64,000 nucleotides of DNA from a virus. Location of the stretch: positions 100,604 through 164,603 of the IMG/VR virus record IMGVR_UViG_3300022752_000019. One strand, written 5' to 3'. Position numbers and translations under genes: made by a program. Shown in pieces: positions 1 through 10,997 of this stretch; position 1 is the stretch's first letter, and every line of letters begins with the position of its first letter. Under the pieces are notes generated by a model that worked only from the letters and a program-made list of their open reading frames with translations, was not told where the DNA came from and searched no databases.

Positions 1-492
1 TAGGAACACGCCGGTGCTTCTCTGCCAGTGGATGAATCCAAAAAGCACTCCTTGGAAGTTAGTATCGTCGAGGTACGCAGATGGCCCGGCGGCGGGTACG
101 GTAGGCACTGCGAAACGGATTTCGCACCCCACTGGGGCGCTGGCCGTAACCTCGCCGTGCAGAAACAAGGTGTTTGAGGACTTCGAAGTGGTCGGGCTCT
201 CGATGGCGAGCACAGGCTCTACGCTTGAAGTAGCCGTGAACTCCAGGTTCGCGCGCGCAGAGGTCGAGGTGACTGGCAGTGAGTCACTGAACACGTCGAA
301 CACGAACGGATACGCCAGCGGAAGTTCATCCGCCGTCGTTGCGTCGAACTCCAGACGGGAAAACGTCACGAATGCGTTGACCGTATCTGGATCGACCCGG
401 TGATCGTTGTCCCTGACCCCGAAGTAGATAGGAGATGAGGGTGAAAATAGAGAGTCACCCTCCGCTGGAGTCAGGTTCACGGTCTTAGGCAT
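1..492 (-). CDS. Structural protein downstream of baseplate J (5' part only; runs off the window)
   Basis: ATG at 492 overlaps the stop of the 1782-aa gene. It reads MPKTVNLTPAEGDSLFSPSSPIYFGVRD... toward the window edge. Confidence 0.65.
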   Translation of the reverse strand, partial: MPKTVNLTPAEGDSLFSPSSPIYFGVRDNDHRVDPDTVNAFVTFSRLEFDATTADELPLAYPFVFDVFSDSLPVTSTSARANLEFTATSSVEPVLAIESPTTSKSSNTLFLHGEVTASAPVGCEIRFAVPTVPAAGPSAYLDDTNFQGVLFGFIHWQRSTGVFL

Positions 493-3400
493 TGGCAGAC
501 CTCGCGCGGATCAAGATGCGCTCCTGTCCCGTGCCGGGCTCTACTGTGACGGGGGCGCCCGGAATGTAGAAGGTCGTCCTGTGCGTTCCGTTGAACGTCC
601 CCTCTTCCAGCCCGATTGCGTCAGTCGAGCGTGTCAGAACTCGGCGCCGATCGAGGTCGTGCGTGATGATCTGAAGGATGATGGGATGCCGATACGACGT
701 CACGTTGTTCGAGTGAAGGAACTTCTCGATCTTCGAGACATCCAACACCTCGTCTGGCTCGAGGCTGTTGATGTAGTTGGCAATCTCGGCTGCCATCTTC
801 GTCCGGTTGCCCCCACTCGCCTCAATGTCCAAGTAGACGAACGAGGGCAGGAAGTGCCGTGCCAGCGGATCGGCGCACAAGATTCGGTTCAGATTGGACG
901 TCAGCAACGCCTGGATCTGCCCAACCTCCGCTGAGTACTCGTGGCGAACAGTGAAGACCGCACCATTGAGGACGACTCTGTTCTCCGCGACGTCATTCAG
1001 ATCACTCGGGAGGAAGGATGCCGAGAAGTAGATCTTGCACTGTTCCGCTGCACTGTAGGTGTAGAAAGGATCGATGACCTCCATTCGGTAGCCATCGGAG
1101 TCGTAGGTGCCAAAGACCGGAGTAAGGTGGGCATCCTTCGGGATGTTGTAGACCGGCCTCCCGCCGAGGGAGTGTGCCCGGACATCCATGTAGAACAGCC
1201 CGCTTTCCGTGCCCTGTGTCCTCATGGTGGAGGAAGGCATGTGAACTGTGTGCGGGCGGACGATCTCGTACGGCTGCTTGACGCCACGCACGGGACCGTT
1301 GACCTCAAGCTCGCGCTGGCGCGCATACCCGACGTCAATGCTTCCGCCCTGGTAGATTGCGCGAACAGTTGAGGTCAGCCTGTCCGTCGACGGGTGAACA
1401 GTGGCGATTCTCCACACGGAAGGTACTCCGCTGTAGATTCGAACCGGCCGAACTCCAAGAAGCTCCGTCGTACCTCCGATGCCGGAGTTATCAAGGTCGT
1501 CTACTGGAGCCTTGACCACGCTCCAATGAACTCCGGTCTCATCGGACGCAAAGTTGTCTCGATCCAGCGTTACCGTGCTCCCATCGGGAGACACCGCGGT
1601 GATCTGATAGCTGCCGTCTACCTCCTCAAAGTTAGACAGGTAGATGGTCAAATACCGGCCTACGTCCTGAGAACTAAACGGGTTGTTTAGGTCTACGAGG
1701 CCCGGCGAGCCCGCCTCTACAGAGCCCTCGTTTCCACTCTTGTAGATTTGAGCGGTAGACGCCGGCATCGGGCGGTCGACATTGACGTAGTCGTCCCCCA
1801 CTTCCGTGATTCGGTAGCCTCCTGCGCCGTCTCCCTCCTCGATGAAGAGGTAATCACCCGGACGCACAACATCCTGGTCATTTTCCGAACTCGGAGAGAG
1901 GAACGTAAACTCGCGTGACCCGTAGTTTAGACGGGGAATCCGAAGCGTAGAAGAGTTGGCCTGTGTCGTGACTACTGCAACGCGGTCGGTTTCCTTTTCT
2001 CCACTCGAGCCTGTCAGAGTCAATAGAGTGCGCTGTTCATAGATGTGCAGGAAGTCCGAACCTGGCTGGACCCCGGCAGCCAGGAAGGACGACAAGAGCG
2101 CATCAGAGGGAGTCACGTCGAACGCGTCAACGCCCGCCGTGTGCTCACTCAGCGTAATGTCCCGAGGAAGCTCTGTCGGTGGCGTCCTTCCAGTGCGAGT
2201 TGCACCTGGGAAGACCTGTCTTGGCGGCTCAGTGCCCGCTGCGACGAACAACAGCTCCTCCGCTCCCGCAGGAACCGAGAACAGGGTCGGTGCATGCGGA
2301 TGGTACACGCCCCGCGTAAGCTCGTCGTTCTCAGTCCACTGGTAATCCACACACGAGCTTGGCCCGTAAACCGTAACAGAGGTTGGCTCGGTGAAGTAGA
2401 GACGGACAATCTGTTCGGCGGTCGGCCTTGCGACAACATAGTTGTCAAAGAAGCCATCGACAATTTTCTTGAGCACCGACCCCGGGTTCACGATGAACTC
2501 AGAGGGCATGTCGTAGCCAGCCGAGGCGAGAGTCTGGAACAGCCAGGTAAAGGACTCCTGCACCAGTTCCCACGGGTTGACTGCATCCCCTGCGCGCGGT
2601 CCAGTCGCAATCGAGGCCGTGACGTTGAAAGATGGCGGGTAGAGCGAGAGCGCGGGTGCCGTGCGGGGAACAAACCCGGACAGTCCCTCGTAGGGATTGA
2701 CTGGGAACTCGTTTTTGATCTTCACGATCGCAAACGTGTAGGCAAGGCGATCGTCGAGGTAGTCTTCGGAGCCACCGGAGACGATACACCCTCCGTGGTA
2801 CACCTTGTATGTGTAGACCTTGTCGATGACGTAAGAGCCGGCGTTGGCCCCCTCGTCAATCGTGAGAATGTCCCCAGGCTTGGCGCGAGACAGCGCGGCT
2901 GGCGTATTGGGGAGATTACCGTTGTTGTAGAGGCTCATCGCCTCCTCGAACGTCACCTCGTTTGAGAAGATCGCCTTCCAGTCGATTTCCGGGGCTGCGA
3001 TGAAGATGTTGTTGCAGCCATCGAACAGTGCCTTTGGAATCAGCACTTCGTACTGAGCAAGGATCGTCCATCCCGAGAAGTGATCATCGAGGTCCTTCAT
3101 GGTGAAGGGGGCAAACAAGTCAAAGAACGCGCGGAAGTCGTCCCCCAGCGAAAAGGAGGTCGTAAGCTCTACGAGCCATCCTCGAATGGTATCGAGGAAG
3201 CCCTGCACCGCACTGGGCAGCGCGATGCTTAGGTTGGTCTGCACGGAGTGACCAGTGGTCACGGCCGGGTCAGACAGGAGTGTCATTACCGCCACGTAGT
3301 CATCGTCCGTGGGCAGACACTCGTCGGTGTAGCAGGTGCCTGGCCTGCCCGAGTACTGAGTGATGGACACCAGGTCTGCTGCCTTGATGGTGCCATCCGG

Positions 3401-5833
3401 AGAGCGAGAGCCCGTCCCACTCTTTGCGCCGGTCACTGAGTCAACGTCGTATGCACGCAGCCGCACATGCTCTGTTGGTGCCCACTCGAACCCTGCGTCC
3501 GGGAACACGAAGCCATTCATCCCGCGCTGAGTCTCACGAGCCCCTGAGAAGCCGTCAACTGCGCGCGCGCCAACCGGAAGTGACGGAGGTACGGAATAGC
3601 CAGTGGACTGCCCCGAGGCGGTCTGGACAACCATTCCTCCGGGCGCGACTCGTACCAGCGGCCGACTGAGGCCTGTTCCTGCTGCGTAGACTCGGAAGGA
3701 GACATTCGAATCTGTCGCAGGCAGCGCCGTCTCTAAGACAGGGCCCCTGCCGCCGAGCGTAGAGTCAAAGCCAGCAATCCGATATTCTCCGACGTTAGGG
3801 CCATCGAGAATCTCAAGAACGCTACCGACGGACGCGCCGTAGCTAATGAGGTCCACATCTGTTCGAACTGTAGACGTGCCAATGACGGTCCGTAGATCCG
3901 AAGCAGTAGCACCAGCAAAAGGATAGATGGGAGCCTTTGGAGCAAACGCATCGAGCACGACCTCGTTGATGATGCGGAACCGATAGTCTCCCCCAAGCAC
4001 CGTCATCGCGGTGTCCAGGACAAGCTCGGGCCCTCGCACGTCCATGATCTTGTAGGAACCGACATCTGGACCGTTGACCACACTGAGGGTCATGCCCCGC
4101 TGGATGCCGTAGTCCTCCCAGCGTGTCTGCTCGACGCCTACAATAGTGGCAGTTGCTCCCGAAGTGAGCCCGATGACATACCCCGGGGCCGCCCACTCGT
4201 TGTCTGAGGTGAGGGCCACGAGGTCAATGTAGTTCTCCGTGCTGGAGATCTGAACTGCATACGAAAGACCGCCGGTGTCGAGCTCTGGCGTGCTTCCATC
4301 CGAAGAGAAGTGGATCACTTCTCCCAGCGCAAACAGCCCCACGACGCTTGCCAGCCGCAGCCGCAGTCGTGCGTGAACTTTGTTTGCGGAGGCTTGGTAG
4401 TCACGCAGCTCGCTTACGATTTCTGCATCTGAAACCGTGAAAAGGTCAGTGCCTTCATAGACGCTGACCTCTCCCGAGGCGGCCCCAAAGTTGGCGACCG
4501 CAATCGAGGTCCGCGAGGGGCGTACATACACGTCGTAATGGCCGCCAATGTGGACCTGATCGTCACGAAGGACGATCTCATCACCCTCATCGGGATTGGT
4601 GATCCCACCAGGGATGCCGGAGATACGAATCTCCGCACGATCGTAAGCAGCCGCAAAGACCCCAGGAAGTAACCCTGGGATCAGAGAGCCGGGAGGCGCT
4701 TCAACATCGGGGGACTGATTGAGTCGCAGCAAGTAGACCGTCGGGATGCCCTCGAGGTCCTCTGAGCTTTCGTAGAGGACCTCCTCCACGACAAACCGCT
4801 GGTTCTCCCGAACCGCGCCGTATAGGAACTTCCAGAAGTTCAGGTCGATCTGACCCCCTGCACGGATTCTTCTACGACCGTCCCTGCCCTTGTTCTCGAA
4901 CATCGAGAGGAGGATCATGTAGCGGCCGAGGATCAGGCTCATGCCAGAGCAGATGACATCTCCGCCTCCGGCACCCGTGATCTTGTCGCGCTGCATTTCG
5001 GCGTCGCCAAAACCCACGACCTCGAGGTTCCGAACGTTTGGGAACTCCGAGAAGATCCGGGCCCGAATACCCCTGCGCGTGTTTAGGCTGCGCTCGGTGA
5101 GTGCGGTCTGGGTACGTGCCAGCAGTTCGGTGGCCGACTCATCGTCACCGCCGCCTCCGAACTCGAACTGATTCGTGACGCGCACGGCCGCTTCGATGCC
5201 GGCAACTGTGTTGACGGCCCCGGCCGGCACGTTGTACGCAGCTCCGGGTGACTCGGCGATGACCGCGATGTCCACGTAGTACAGGTGACCGCTGCGCTGC
5301 GCTGCCACAATTTCCGGTCTGAAAAATTGAGGCACCGTAGGGAAGAAGCCAAGTCCTCCCGCGCTGAAACGGGTTCCTACCAGAACTGAAACAAAGGTCG
5401 GGTTGCCGAAGAAGATGCGGACCGTCCCTGTCGCCCGGGAACCAGCGTTACGGGACACGAAGAAGTTTGCGGCCAGGTCTTCGGCGTCTTGGATGCGCAT
5501 CTGAGATGCGTTTCTCGTGGACTGCCCAGTTCTGATGATCTGAATCTCGCGCTTGAACCCCTCCAGTAGAAGCTGAAGCGGGCGGATGACGATGTCGACA
5601 ATCGCGTCTCCGTCCTGCACCGACAGGGTCGGGAACTCCTGCTTTAGTCGCGTCTTGAGAAACTCCTCGATGTCCGTATCGAAGGGATCCACTGACAAGG
5701 CACGGAACACAGGCGCGACAACCTGCTCATACAGAGAACTTCCCTGTGCGAGGTCAAATGTCGGATCGAACGCCTCGAGCCTCTCGACAAGAAGATCTCG
5801 AATCTGAGCGGCCTGAGAGGTCGTGTTTGCCAT
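485..5833 (-). CDS. Large baseplate J-like wedge protein
   Basis: N-terminal baseplate-J features (ATGTVRIFF, IAESPGAAYNVP, VTNQFEFGGGGDDES..ELLAR). Repeated GD.L.I.EG...G.Y.I beta modules. Confidence 0.85.
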   Translation of the reverse strand: MANTTSQAAQIRDLLVERLEAFDPTFDLAQGSSLYEQVVAPVFRALSVDPFDTDIEEFLKTRLKQEFPTLSVQDGDAIVDIVIRPLQLLLEGFKREIQIIRTGQSTRNASQMRIQDAEDLAANFFVSRNAGSRATGTVRIFFGNPTFVSVLVGTRFSAGGLGFFPTVPQFFRPEIVAAQRSGHLYYVDIAVIAESPGAAYNVPAGAVNTVAGIEAAVRVTNQFEFGGGGDDESATELLARTQTALTERSLNTRRGIRARIFSEFPNVRNLEVVGFGDAEMQRDKITGAGGGDVICSGMSLILGRYMILLSMFENKGRDGRRRIRAGGQIDLNFWKFLYGAVRENQRFVVEEVLYESSEDLEGIPTVYLLRLNQSPDVEAPPGSLIPGLLPGVFAAAYDRAEIRISGIPGGITNPDEGDEIVLRDDQVHIGGHYDVYVRPSRTSIAVANFGAASGEVSVYEGTDLFTVSDAEIVSELRDYQASANKVHARLRLRLASVVGLFALGEVIHFSSDGSTPELDTGGLSYAVQISSTENYIDLVALTSDNEWAAPGYVIGLTSGATATIVGVEQTRWEDYGIQRGMTLSVVNGPDVGSYKIMDVRGPELVLDTAMTVLGGDYRFRIINEVVLDAFAPKAPIYPFAGATASDLRTVIGTSTVRTDVDLISYGASVGSVLEILDGPNVGEYRIAGFDSTLGGRGPVLETALPATDSNVSFRVYAAGTGLSRPLVRVAPGGMVVQTASGQSTGYSVPPSLPVGARAVDGFSGARETQRGMNGFVFPDAGFEWAPTEHVRLRAYDVDSVTGAKSGTGSRSPDGTIKAADLVSITQYSGRPGTCYTDECLPTDDDYVAVMTLLSDPAVTTGHSVQTNLSIALPSAVQGFLDTIRGWLVELTTSFSLGDDFRAFFDLFAPFTMKDLDDHFSGWTILAQYEVLIPKALFDGCNNIFIAAPEIDWKAIFSNEVTFEEAMSLYNNGNLPNTPAALSRAKPGDILTIDEGANAGSYVIDKVYTYKVYHGGCIVSGGSEDYLDDRLAYTFAIVKIKNEFPVNPYEGLSGFVPRTAPALSLYPPSFNVTASIATGPRAGDAVNPWELVQESFTWLFQTLASAGYDMPSEFIVNPGSVLKKIVDGFFDNYVVARPTAEQIVRLYFTEPTSVTVYGPSSCVDYQWTENDELTRGVYHPHAPTLFSVPAGAEELLFVAAGTEPPRQVFPGATRTGRTPPTELPRDITLSEHTAGVDAFDVTPSDALLSSFLAAGVQPGSDFLHIYEQRTLLTLTGSSGEKETDRVAVVTTQANSSTLRIPRLNYGSREFTFLSPSSENDQDVVRPGDYLFIEEGDGAGGYRITEVGDDYVNVDRPMPASTAQIYKSGNEGSVEAGSPGLVDLNNPFSSQDVGRYLTIYLSNFEEVDGSYQITAVSPDGSTVTLDRDNFASDETGVHWSVVKAPVDDLDNSGIGGTTELLGVRPVRIYSGVPSVWRIATVHPSTDRLTSTVRAIYQGGSIDVGYARQRELEVNGPVRGVKQPYEIVRPHTVHMPSSTMRTQGTESGLFYMDVRAHSLGGRPVYNIPKDAHLTPVFGTYDSDGYRMEVIDPFYTYSAAEQCKIYFSASFLPSDLNDVAENRVVLNGAVFTVRHEYSAEVGQIQALLTSNLNRILCADPLARHFLPSFVYLDIEASGGNRTKMAAEIANYINSLEPDEVLDVSKIEKFLHSNNVTSYRHPIILQIITHDLDRRRVLTRSTDAIGLEEGTFNGTHRTTFYIPGAPVTVEPGTGQERILIRARSANA

Positions 5834-5842
5834 TTTTTGATC

Positions 5843-6487
5843 CTACAAGGATACGCCGGCTACGACGCTTGTTCCTTCGGCAGAGATAATCCGCAGTCTA
5901 ACATCTAACGAGGTATCGCTCGGCGTGTAGTTAACGGACAGAATCTCAACGCCTGAAAGTCTCTGAGAAGGAGGGGACGCGTCCCCAGGCTGAGCCATCA
6001 TTAGGTCTCTTACGCCGGCCTCGATTCGCAAGGAGACAAGCGCGTGAGCGGCCGACGGATCTACGGGGACAGGCCCAATCAGAGAAAGAAGCCCCCCTCC
6101 GGCGGTAGGCCGAAAGATATCAGACCCCGGCGTGGTTAGCAGCGCCTTCAGAACTCGCTGAACCAAGTAAGTAGCTTCAGTGACCTGCGGAGACGGGACA
6201 GCCGCCTCAAACGACACAACAGTGTTCTCACTGTTCTGGGTCGTAGAACGCAAGACGCTAACAGTCCTGATGGGTACACCGATCTGCGACGGAGGCACGT
6301 CGGCGAGGAGCCGGGTATCGCTCATCACGACGAAGGTCGGAGACCGATAGCCGTTGATGAGGATCGCGGAGGCCCCTGTGAAGTCCCGTCCCCTGATGTC
6401 CAGAGATCCTCCTCCTGAGAAGAGGGCGAGGTCGGAAACCTTGGCTACGTGCTGAAAGGCGAGGATTGGGAAGTCCATCAGTCCCAC
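5843..6487 (-). CDS. gp25-like baseplate wedge protein with N-terminal IPT/TIG-like domain
   Basis: LVQRVLKALLTTPGSDIFRPTAGGGL resembles the gp25 motif; adjacent to baseplate J. Confidence 0.7.
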   Translation of the reverse strand: MGLMDFPILAFQHVAKVSDLALFSGGGSLDIRGRDFTGASAILINGYRSPTFVVMSDTRLLADVPPSQIGVPIRTVSVLRSTTQNSENTVVSFEAAVPSPQVTEATYLVQRVLKALLTTPGSDIFRPTAGGGLLSLIGPVPVDPSAAHALVSLRIEAGVRDLMMAQPGDASPPSQRLSGVEILSVNYTPSDTSLDVRLRIISAEGTSVVAGVSL

Positions 6488-6858
6488 TCATTGAGCAAAG
6501 TTTTGAGAGCACTGACTGCACCTGGTTCGTCGATGGAGGCCCCATACAGCAGCCGCCGAAGTGCTCGGATCCTCTGGAGTTTACCCTCTGGGCGTCGAGT
6601 GGGCAGGACACCCGATGCAAAGACCTCTTCTTCTGCGACGCCGGGGACTTCGGTCGCCTCAACCAGCTCGTCAGGCTCCGAATCGATCTCAAAGATCGCA
6701 TCCTCAATGCTGGTCAGGAGAGTCTGCCCCTGAACGGTGTTCGCGCTCGAGCTTGTTGTCGCCTCGGTCATGGCGCGCACCAAGAGTCCGATGACCTCTC
6801 TCGAGAGCGCGCGGATCTGATTCCTTGAGGACAGCTCGGTTACGACGGACTGGCTCAT
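6478..6858 (-). CDS. Hypothetical protein
   Basis: Overlaps both neighbours in the operon. Confidence 0.65.
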   Translation of the reverse strand: MSQSVVTELSSRNQIRALSREVIGLLVRAMTEATTSSSANTVQGQTLLTSIEDAIFEIDSEPDELVEATEVPGVAEEEVFASGVLPTRRPEGKLQRIRALRRLLYGASIDEPGAVSALKTLLNEWD

Positions 6859-8198
6859 AGGGTTGACCTCAGCGCCTGAGAGAACTGCGCCAGCGATGAA
6901 TCAATAGACCCTACGCCGTCTGCCGCATCTCGCGGGTCTGCGCTGAATAGCGCGCCGTAGTCTCCGCGAAGCATGGAGTCCGCTGCACGAACAAAGCCCT
7001 CATCTCGCAAGGAGCGCAACATCGTCTCGGCGACATCAACTACATCAGCAGAGAACTCAAACTGGAGGGCACGGAGTTCCCCCAGACGATCCTGTGCCGG
7101 GGGCGCGTCTACTCCCAAAGAGGAGAGTGCAGCCGAGGCATCGCGCGTCAGAGCACTGATCTCTGCGGCCAGCGCAGCCAGTCTACGAGCAAGGTCAGCA
7201 ACCGATGGACGGTTCTGGAGATTGATCGCGCGCTCTATGGACTCGCCTCGTAGAAAGAGAAGCGGTGTAATCGCGGACTGGAACGACTCAAATTGTGCAT
7301 AAGTCGGACTATGAAGCGTGAGCGTGCCTGACGGCAGAGACGCGCTAAGCGTGAGCGTCTTCTGGGAGATGGACACGACCTCTGCGGAGGACTGGCCTAC
7401 GAAGACGGTGTCTCCTACTTGGATGTCCAGGAGAGATGGAGACACGGAAAGGGTGACGCTGGCTCCAGCGATGACTGACTTAAAGGGCACCGGACATGCG
7501 TTGGCCTCGGAAACCTTATACTTCAACAGACCTCTTCTACTCGACAAATTCAGCGCACCCAGCGATGAGACGCAGTCGATGACTCTCTGCGGGCCGGGCT
7601 CAGAGCCGAGGGCCTGGTGAAGCTTCTGAAGGACTGGCCGACGGGCCAGCTCTTGTACGCCCTCGTTGATGACCTCGGCAGACAAGACGTCCGAAACTCG
7701 CCGCTTTAGCGAGGTTAGCCTACGGGAAACCTCCGCCAGAAGCGCATTGATCCCTGAAAGAGAAGGTGCCTCGCGGAGTCGTTTGTTTACAACAGCTCCC
7801 TTGACTTCGGGTTGCAGCGCCGCCGTCACCTCTCGTAGAAGCGTCGGGATTGGAACAGGGTCTCCCTGTAGAGTGCGCTCGATCATCTCGCGCGCTGAGC
7901 TGGTATCGCCCGGGACAGGGCCGGGGACAAAATCAACCACCTCTTGCACGAGTTCGATGATCTTGCAGAGAATGGCGTGGAGCTGAGCCAGCTCCGAGAG
8001 AATTGGGTTTCTGTTTTTGCACTTAAAGTAGAGAAGGATCTGAGGTTCGGCAACCAGCGCCTGCGCGCACGCCGATCGCGCAAAGTCCCACTTACGCTTG
8101 CGCTCTTCAAACCCGACTACGGCCGCGCCAGGCTGGGTCTTCACCGCCAAGCGAGACTCGAAGTCCCTTGCTGATAGGACGACCCTACGAGACATCAC
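6855..8198 (-). CDS. Hypothetical structural protein
   Basis: 447-aa ORF, 4-bp overlaps within the structural operon. Confidence 0.7.
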   Translation of the reverse strand: MMSRRVVLSARDFESRLAVKTQPGAAVVGFEERKRKWDFARSACAQALVAEPQILLYFKCKNRNPILSELAQLHAILCKIIELVQEVVDFVPGPVPGDTSSAREMIERTLQGDPVPIPTLLREVTAALQPEVKGAVVNKRLREAPSLSGINALLAEVSRRLTSLKRRVSDVLSAEVINEGVQELARRPVLQKLHQALGSEPGPQRVIDCVSSLGALNLSSRRGLLKYKVSEANACPVPFKSVIAGASVTLSVSPSLLDIQVGDTVFVGQSSAEVVSISQKTLTLSASLPSGTLTLHSPTYAQFESFQSAITPLLFLRGESIERAINLQNRPSVADLARRLAALAAEISALTRDASAALSSLGVDAPPAQDRLGELRALQFEFSADVVDVAETMLRSLRDEGFVRAADSMLRGDYGALFSADPRDAADGVGSIDSSLAQFSQALRSTL

Positions 8199-9085
8199 AC
8201 CACCGTGATCAGAAGGGTATTCAGATCTGGAGGTGCAGGAAAGCGATTTGCATGGGCAAGCCTGCGCTGGAAGAGGATCTCACACTCCCCGACTCCCACC
8301 GCCGTAATCGTCAGCGTCGATCCCTCCTGATGGACTGTCGCCACGTCTGTGTCGGAAGACTTCGCGCTGATCAGCCAGTCCTTCGGAGATGTGTCATCCC
8401 CCGACATGTACGGCGCACGGCGGCCGCTCGACAAGACCGCTACTGCCGTAACTTCGGCATCTTCTCCGACCGGTATCGAGAGCGCGTTGGACGAGAGATC
8501 CACATACGCGACGTACGGCCAGATGAGGTCGGTGAACCCTGTTGAGGGCGCATCCGGCACATATACCGAGAACACCTGCTCCCCGTAGGTCTCTACGACG
8601 ACGTCGTAGCGCGCGTTTCGGAGCAGATCGAACTCAAAGTATCCGTCCGAGTCCGATACAACGAGCACCTTGTCATTCCCAGTTGCCGTGCCCGCGCTGA
8701 TCCGCAAGTAGTCCACCAGCATGAACTCGACCGTCACATCAGGCAGTCGCTGGCCCGCAGCTCCGATGACGAATCCACTCACGCGGCAGAGATTTGACTG
8801 TGTGGCCGGAGGCCGCTCATCAAGGTTCTGCCCTCCGACATCATAAGTGCCGTCCGTACTCACGACGACACTTAGCTTCTTGGGAAAGCTAAATCCCGCC
8901 TTGAAGAAGCGCACCCAGTAAGTTGCGGCAGGCAGCTCGAAAACAACTTCTCCGTTCTCGTCAGTGTCACCACTGTCAATGAAGGAGGATCCATCCGACG
9001 TGAACACGAATACCGTGGTGGCATCCAGCGCGGTAAGGCGAGTCTCGTCTTCCGAGTCATATGTGTAGAACGTCACCGATGCCAT
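8195..9085 (-). CDS. Ig-like/prealbumin-fold virion protein
   Basis: TDENGEV.F.L...TY and SDSDGYF motifs; C-terminal Big_2-like segment (SSDTDVATV...ITAVGVG). Confidence 0.65.
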   Translation of the reverse strand: MASVTFYTYDSEDETRLTALDATTVFVFTSDGSSFIDSGDTDENGEVVFELPAATYWVRFFKAGFSFPKKLSVVVSTDGTYDVGGQNLDERPPATQSNLCRVSGFVIGAAGQRLPDVTVEFMLVDYLRISAGTATGNDKVLVVSDSDGYFEFDLLRNARYDVVVETYGEQVFSVYVPDAPSTGFTDLIWPYVAYVDLSSNALSIPVGEDAEVTAVAVLSSGRRAPYMSGDDTSPKDWLISAKSSDTDVATVHQEGSTLTITAVGVGECEILFQRRLAHANRFPAPPDLNTLLITVV

Positions 9086-9750
9086 CAGGACCTCCGCGGA
9101 AGAGGGACAAGTTCGAGTTCCTGTACCTCAAGAAGATCGGCCCCAGTTGCAGAAAGGTCGAAGAGGTCGACTGTTGCCGCGTCTGGGATCGTCACATTCC
9201 GAACAAGTGCGGTGCCCGAGATTGCAAGAAGCCCTTGGATCCCGCGCACTACATTGAATGAGACCTGGCCCGACACGTTGGATACCGCCGTCACGTCCTC
9301 GGCGACGAACCCAATCCCCATCTTGCGTGCTGACTCAATGCTTGGGCTAAAGCGGACGTAGACGCCCTTGAGGTAGTTCCCGCTTGCGTCAATGAACCTG
9401 CCGGTGACGAGGCAGGTGTTGTCTGTTCCGACATCCGGAGCATCTGGAACGTCGACGGACGACGCATGGTCGAATGCGAAGACGTTGTCGGTCGCAGTGT
9501 ACGAAACGCCGTTGACCTCAAACTCCCAGGTCAGCGAGTACTCGCCCGCATCCTCTGGAGTCCATGGGGCTTCGTATACACCCGTCGAGGTGTTTGTCGC
9601 AGACGTAATGGTGTCTACGACGCTCCCGCCAAACGAGATGACCAACGTGGGCGTACTGTCGGCGTTGACGCGGAAGGTAGAGCCCGCGCTTGAGGTGAAC
9701 TGAATCGTGAGGATCGAGGAGGTCTCGACGCCGACAGCCTTGAAGGTCAT
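9085..9750 (-). CDS. Ig-like virion protein
   Basis: Beta-rich, TGVYEAPWTP..AGEY; resembles the neighbouring gene. Confidence 0.65.
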   Translation of the reverse strand: MTFKAVGVETSSILTIQFTSSAGSTFRVNADSTPTLVISFGGSVVDTITSATNTSTGVYEAPWTPEDAGEYSLTWEFEVNGVSYTATDNVFAFDHASSVDVPDAPDVGTDNTCLVTGRFIDASGNYLKGVYVRFSPSIESARKMGIGFVAEDVTAVSNVSGQVSFNVVRGIQGLLAISGTALVRNVTIPDAATVDLFDLSATGADLLEVQELELVPLPRRS

Positions 9751-9751
9751 C

Positions 9752-10144
9752 TCAACTCCGAACGCTAAAGGTCAGAGTACCCGACAAGTCTCCGATGACA
9801 GCAGGAACATCAAGCTGCGACCCGTCAGGTAGTGGGCCAGCGGACACGGGCGGGTTCGTAAGCGCCGCAGTGCCCGTAACAGCCTCAAAACGAGTGACGT
9901 CTGTTTTGACGATCGTATCGCCGTCGCTTGCGGTGTAGTGGACAACGTGCCACCCAGGGGCAGTCGGCGTAAACGTCCCGAGGTACACCCGCGTCTGTGC
10001 GTTACTCAGAGGTGCGCTCTCGGTCATCGTCACAGCAGACGACGACCCCGTCTCGATCCGGATGACCGAAACCTCTACCGTGAGGCCCGAGGTCGGGTGG
10101 TAAAACGCAAGCGTATATGGAGTGCCGATGGTGGCAGTCGTCAC
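9752..10144 (-). CDS. Small beta-rich virion protein
   Basis: VYLGTFTPTAPGW, similar to the adjacent Ig-like genes. Confidence 0.6.
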   Translation of the reverse strand: MTTATIGTPYTLAFYHPTSGLTVEVSVIRIETGSSSAVTMTESAPLSNAQTRVYLGTFTPTAPGWHVVHYTASDGDTIVKTDVTRFEAVTGTAALTNPPVSAGPLPDGSQLDVPAVIGDLSGTLTFSVRS

Positions 10145-10647
10145 GCATCCCTCCTCAGAAGGTCAGAGAGCGACCCTCCGTAAGACCCGTAGATGCAGTT
10201 GATCTTGGTGAACTTCAAGCCGTCGAAGGCACCGCAGAAGCTCATCTTCTTAGTAGGGCTGTTGTAGAGGGCCATGAGATACCACGGGAAGTCTCCCTCC
10301 TCGATGATTTCCTGCGGCATTCCCAGAAGTTGCTCTCCCTTGGCGACGCCCGGAGAGCCCGACCACTTTGCTTTCGGGACGGGAAGTCCCGGCAGCACGA
10401 CGAGGTACGCGTAAGTCTTGGGGTCGCCGACAATCTTCAGTGCCGACTCTACGTCTTCTGGGATGAAGAGAAACGGCAGTGTAGGTAGCCCGGGGATGCC
10501 ATCATCCAACTCGAACGTGTAGATCTGCGCGAGCAGCGGGCGAGTTTGAGCTTCTCGCTGCTCGACAAGATCATCAATCAGAAACCGACTCCAGGCCAGC
10601 CCGATTTCATCAGGATGGATTAGGCCGTCCAGATTCGCCACCGCCAT
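10141..10647 (-). CDS. Hypothetical protein
   Basis: ATG at 10647 (MAVANLDG) with an upstream GGAG. Confidence 0.6.
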   Translation of the reverse strand: MAVANLDGLIHPDEIGLAWSRFLIDDLVEQREAQTRPLLAQIYTFELDDGIPGLPTLPFLFIPEDVESALKIVGDPKTYAYLVVLPGLPVPKAKWSGSPGVAKGEQLLGMPQEIIEEGDFPWYLMALYNSPTKKMSFCGAFDGLKFTKINCIYGSYGGSLSDLLRRDA

Positions 10648-10978
10648 GCTTACTCCGCAACGTCTTGTAGATCTCGGCTGCCGTGACAACTGCATCCTTC
10701 GCCAGCGCCGGACTCAGCCTCGAGATCATAGCCGCTACAGTCTTGGTGGGAAAGGGCAAGGATGCTGCGCTGACGAGAGAACAGACCCCAAGGATCTCCT
10801 TGACGGCCGAGTACTCGGCAGGAGTCAGAATCGTGGTCCGCTCTCCGCTCAGCGAGTAGATGTCTCCCGTTTCGGTATCGAAGATGGCCTTCTCGCCCTC
10901 GAAACCCTCCATGACCGCCTTGACTGCGGCATCCAGCGTCTTCTTCGCGCGCTTCTTTCCACCGATGAACGCAAACAT
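10610..10978 (-). CDS. Hypothetical protein
   Basis: RBS GGAGGA before ATG; follows a hairpin terminator. Confidence 0.65.
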   Translation of the reverse strand: MFAFIGGKKRAKKTLDAAVKAVMEGFEGEKAIFDTETGDIYSLSGERTTILTPAEYSAVKEILGVCSLVSAASLPFPTKTVAAMISRLSPALAKDAVVTAAEIYKTLRSKHGGGESGRPNPS

Positions 10979-10997
10979 GAGTCCTCCGAATGCAACG